This document shows positions 51,971 to 54,340 of a stretch of 54,340 bases of DNA, piece after piece. Each line of letters opens with the position of its first letter. Positions within the stretch are counted from its first letter, which is position 1. The notes under the pieces are model-generated. The model did no database searches, was not told the origin of the DNA, and saw only the letters and a program-made list of their open reading frames with translations. Source of the stretch: a virus; the IMG/VR virus record IMGVR_UViG_3300002091_000038, positions 1 through 54,340 of that record; one strand, 5' to 3'. A program made the translations under genes and the position numbers.

Positions 51971-52321
51971 TCAATGGCTCAAGGGCAGCTCGTTGCCTTC
52001 GGCATCCAGTCCAAGCTCGGAAAGGTCATAGCCTGCGCTGGTCAGTAGCTGGGCGGCTTCCGTGGGGAGTTCGAAAACCCCGTCAAAGTCGATTACCTTC
52101 TGGCCTTCGAAAATCAGCCCGATCACCTCTTCGTCTTCGTCGGCTGCCTGCCGGCCGAAATTCCAGATGATGCAATCACCACATGAGGGGTGGGCGCGGT
52201 AAAGGTTCATTTCGTGATGCATCTGGCCCAGGCTGTTGTTTGGGCCGTAGCTGTGAACCTGGAAAAGCGGCGCGGTGAACGTCTTGGTTGCTGCTGGTGT
52301 TGGCGGTGTGTACGTGCTCAT
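51971..52321 (-). CDS. Hypothetical protein, first long gene of the leftward early operon
   Basis: 116-aa ORF whose stop overlaps the DUF932 ORF region. No motif. Confidence 0.45.
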   Translation of the reverse strand: MSTYTPPTPAATKTFTAPLFQVHSYGPNNSLGQMHHEMNLYRAHPSCGDCIIWNFGRQAADEDEEVIGLIFEGQKVIDFDGVFELPTEAAQLLTSAGYDLSELGLDAEGNELPLSH

Positions 52322-52781
52322 AGTTGGCTAGTGGGTTTGTGTTGTGGAACAATGGGGGGCGGTGGCTCAAAATTTGCCCCTGATTTTGACCGGGGGCGGG
52401 TCTGTCATTGCAGTTGTTCTGGTGTACTCCTCGCGTGGCTAAACAACTCCAGTGACCATATCCATAGCGCCAGTGCGGGGAGGGATTACAGGGGCGGCGG
52501 TTGCGTTCCTCAGCCGTGCGCGCTCGGTGCTGACCTTGGGGCGGGGGCCGGTTTGGTCTGGCGAAAGGTGCGGGCCTGGGTTGCTGTGCCTATCCTGTCT
52601 GTCCAGCCGTGCCTTCATCGAAGAAAGCAGGGCCGGACAGACTGCCAGCGGGCCGTTGTGTTGAGCCTCCTTACATTGTGCGCGGTGCGCTTCGGGAGCT
52701 TGGCAACGTGGGCGGCCTGCTGGCGTCTGTTTCGGTGATGGGCGAATGTCAAAGAGTGGAAGCGGCGGGGAGGTCGCTGCC

Positions 52782-52800
52782 GGTAACGTTTTCGGTTACC
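52782..52800 (-). promoter_or_regulatory. Hairpin GGTAAC-CGAAAAC-GTTACC at the predicted 5' end of the leftward transcript (boxB-like GAAAA loop)
   Basis: Perfect 6-bp inverted repeat with a 7-nt loop containing GAAAA in the minus-strand sense. It begins about 1-2 nt downstream of the predicted transcription start of the promoter at 52808-52836. Confidence 0.4.
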
Positions 52801-52807
52801 TGTTTTC

Positions 52808-52836
52808 ATTATTCCACACAACTTTACATGAGTCAA
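52808..52836 (-). promoter_or_regulatory. Sigma70-type leftward early promoter TTGACT-17-AATAAT with an extended -10 TG
   Basis: The minus strand reads TTGACT(52836-52831)-catgtaaagttgtgtgg-AATAAT(52813-52808), preceded by TGG. The spacer contains the operator half-site ATGTAAA. The -10 is part of the GGAATAATGA motif. Confidence 0.45.
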
Positions 52837-53084
52837 AAAGATTTATCGAATATTTTTCATGCGGCATAAAGTAAGGTTTCACTAGGCGAGCGGTGTCAGA
52901 CACCCGTTTACCTGGTCGCTGCCTGGTCGCTAAAATGGCAGGGCGTGGGAGCGCTGGCGGGCGTGCCTCAGTGATCAAACACGGGGCCTGGATCTGCGGC
53001 GCGCTGGCGGGCCTGGTGCTGGCCTGGTCAATCGTTTCGGCTGTGATCACTGCGGGCGGGGTTTCAGGGGCTGCAGCCCCTGAT

Positions 53085-53399
53085 GCCGAAAAAATGGGCA
53101 GGTGCCGAAAAAAACGCCGATGAATTACCATAATTTCGGCGGCTGGAATCAGCCTGAGAGTAGGGAAAGATCGTTTTTGCCGAAAATGCCGATAAAATTA
53201 CTCTAAAGTGGAAAATAATTGGGGATATATTGAGAAGTGAAGATATATGCCTTTATAAAAAGAGGTTTGGAAAAACTTCGGCATTTTCGGCATTTTCGGC
53301 ATTTTCGCTTCAAATCAGCCTGGGAGTAGGGAGAGCGGCGCGAGGTGCCTAACAATTTTTTTCGGCACGGTTGGTCAACTTTTCGGCATTTTCGGCGCT
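53085..53399. repeat. Iteron field: TTTCGGC-type repeats in opposed orientation around an AT-rich core
   Basis: Left arm (GCCGAAA sense): copies start at 53085, 53104, 53179 and 53188. Right arm (TTCGGC sense): 53134-53140; a tandem TTCGGCATT x3 at 53277-53303 plus a degenerate TTCGCTTC; then 53361, 53382 and 53391. There is also a 23-nt direct repeat AATCAGCCTGrGAGTAGGGArAG at 53147-53169 and 53313-53335, and an AT-rich block at 53200-53270. Confidence 0.8.
53230..53259 (+). promoter_or_regulatory. Possible rightward promoter TTGAGA-18-TATAAA inside the AT-rich core
   Basis: Hexamers lie at 53230-53235 and 53254-59, immediately upstream of the tandem 9-mers and the 53462 gene. Confidence 0.3.
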
Positions 53400-53461
53400 T
53401 TGGAGTGTTTTGCCCGATCTGTGGTTGCGAGCCGTGGGCCGGGAGGTCACATTATTCGGGT

Positions 53462-54067
53462 ATGGCCTGCCCGTCTCTTGCCTCTCAAATCCGATTAACT
53501 AAGCTGTTGCCCCTCGCTATTGCGCAAGATTGGGGTGAGGAAAAGCTGGCTAAAGAAGCGAATACTGGAGTTGTAGCGGCGCGGTCTGCCCTCAGACGGA
53601 AGCTGGCGGAAGTGGTGGCGGTCGGAAGTGAGAACACGTCTCAAGTGCTGGCGGTAATGCAAAGGGAGGCTGCGCAACAACGTCCTGTTGTGATCGCTCG
53701 CTTAAAATCTGCGGGCCGTGCTGCTGACGCTCTGTTAGCGAAAGCACAAGAAATGATCGAATCTCTCGATTTGGGCGCGGATGATGATGATGATGCGGAT
53801 GATGATTCCGGGGATGAAAGCGGCGGCCGCTCCAAGCCTCGTCGCTGCGTCACAATCGAATCGCGCCTAGCTTCCTTGGCTACGGTGGTAAAAGCTGCCT
53901 CTGCGGCGTCTCGCGAGTCCTGGGAGGTGTTCAAGGATGCCTCCGGGCTGTCGTTTGCGGAGGCGCAAGCAAAAGAGGCGCTCAAGCAATCCAGCGCCAA
54001 AGATCAACGGCCCGCCATGGTGCCATCAATGATTGTGGAGATTCTGCCGGAACGGCGCGAGCAATAG
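53462..54067 (+). CDS. Hypothetical helical protein with a poly-Asp tract; iteron-proximal (TerS, initiator or regulator are all possible)
   Basis: ORF 53345-54067. ATG 53462 is preferred because 53345-53400 consists of the TTCGGC repeats. The N-terminal HTH-like segment is LTKLLPLAIAQDWGEEKLAKEANTGVVAARSALRRKL, and the central tract is DDDDDADDDSGDESGG. Confidence 0.45.
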   Translation: MACPSLASQIRLTKLLPLAIAQDWGEEKLAKEANTGVVAARSALRRKLAEVVAVGSENTSQVLAVMQREAAQQRPVVIARLKSAGRAADALLAKAQEMIESLDLGADDDDDADDDSGDESGGRSKPRRCVTIESRLASLATVVKAASAASRESWEVFKDASGLSFAEAQAKEALKQSSAKDQRPAMVPSMIVEILPERREQ

Positions 54068-54277
54068 GAGAGTAACCCTCCTTTTTCGGAACTCGGAAAA
54101 CGCGATTTCAAAAACGGACTTGGCCTAGATTTGACCGAAATGGAGAGCCAAGCCTACTCGCTGCGATAGCCCGTTTAGATTTAGAGTCTAGTGCTAACCT
54201 GCGAGCGCTGGCGCTGGCTGGGCTCTCCAGACTTTGGAGGGGGTATGGCGGGCCGGGTGGCGGGGGGCGATTTTGGC

Positions 54278-54340
54278 GGGGGCCGGGGAGCGGAGCCCCC
54301 ACCTCGTATTACGCCCCCACTTTTCACCCCCCACCCTTTC
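54278..54340. repeat. Right copy of the 63-bp terminal direct repeat
   Basis: Identical to positions 1-63. Confidence 0.9.

Noticed and set aside
52823-52839. A full immunity operator (TTTACAT-N3-ATGTAAA type) in the leftward early promoter.
   Set aside because: Only one half-site (TTTACAT) is present, and the partner half (TCAAAAA) does not match. It is mentioned only as a half-site within the promoter spacer.
52893-53123. 76-aa plus-strand ORF with a hydrophobic segment (possible internal ATG near 52935).
   Set aside because: It has a non-ATG start in the track, its C-terminal part is translated from the iteron repeats (GCCGAAAAAA giving KKRR-type residues), and it is G/A-rich overall. 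It cannot be supported without conservation data.
53277-53311. A CRISPR array or minisatellite.
   Set aside because: The repeat unit is only 9 bp and the copies are contiguous without spacers. No cas genes are present. An iteron/operator array fits better.
54108-54302. 64-aa minus-strand ORF and possible RNA gene in the terminal non-coding region.
   Set aside because: The translation is Pro/Arg/Gly-rich and derives from the G/C-tract region. No cloverleaf or other recognisable RNA fold was found by eye.

Overview
This window appears to be one complete, visibly GC-rich, ~54.3-kb temperate tailed-phage genome. Positions 1-63 are repeated exactly at 54278-54340, so the contig is either circular/permuted or terminally redundant.

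Gene layout:
- 0.2-8.4 kb (+): a small accessory gene, a degenerate integrase paralog on the minus strand, then a TerS candidate, TerL, portal and a scaffold-like protein.
- 8.4-10.0 kb: an accessory island with an XRE regulator, a small ORF and a Bro-N protein (-), plus a divergent AT-richer lipoprotein moron (+).
- 10.0-32.4 kb (-): one tightly packed late block. In transcription order it holds a putative major capsid protein followed by a strong hairpin, head/decoration ORFs (one with an FN3 domain) and a lysis cassette (spanin-like pair, multi-TM holin-like protein, DPBB-like wall hydrolase). Next come a glycosyltransferase with a SAM methyltransferase, tail/fibre ORFs and a citrate-synthase-fold protein with a sulfotransferase-motif protein. 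The block ends with three ejection-type proteins, one of them 1978 aa. No tape measure, tube or sheath is visible, so the virion looks podovirus-like.
- 32.7-35.5 kb: tyrosine integrase, an attP carrying a tRNA 3' fragment and arm-type repeats, an XRE repressor, three operator palindromes, an RHH Cro-like protein and an Xis-like HTH protein.
- 35.5-46.0 kb (+): replication module with a beta clamp, 3'-5' exonuclease, PIF1/RecD-like helicase, P4/D5-type primase-helicase, HAD-like protein and ERCC4 nuclease. No DNA polymerase is present.
- 46.0-52.3 kb (-): a leftward early operon with a stand-alone MutS-domain-I-like protein, an NPPY DNA methyltransferase, DUF2958-like and DUF932-like proteins and several unknowns. 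It resembles plasmid/ICE establishment or anti-defence regions.
- 52.3-53.4 kb: a ~1-kb non-coding control region with a good leftward promoter, a boxB-like hairpin and an iteron field around an AT-rich core.

Most interesting leads:
- the citrate-synthase-like/sulfotransferase-like pair and the GT/MT pair embedded in the virion block;
- the leftward early island;
- a 10-mer (GGAATAATGA) found five times and only at gene junctions, two copies extended to a 32-nt shared element;
- a TTTCGG-core repeat network linking attP, the iteron field and the genome end;
- a catalytically degenerate integrase paralog.

All functional calls rest on motif recognition by eye. No database search was run.
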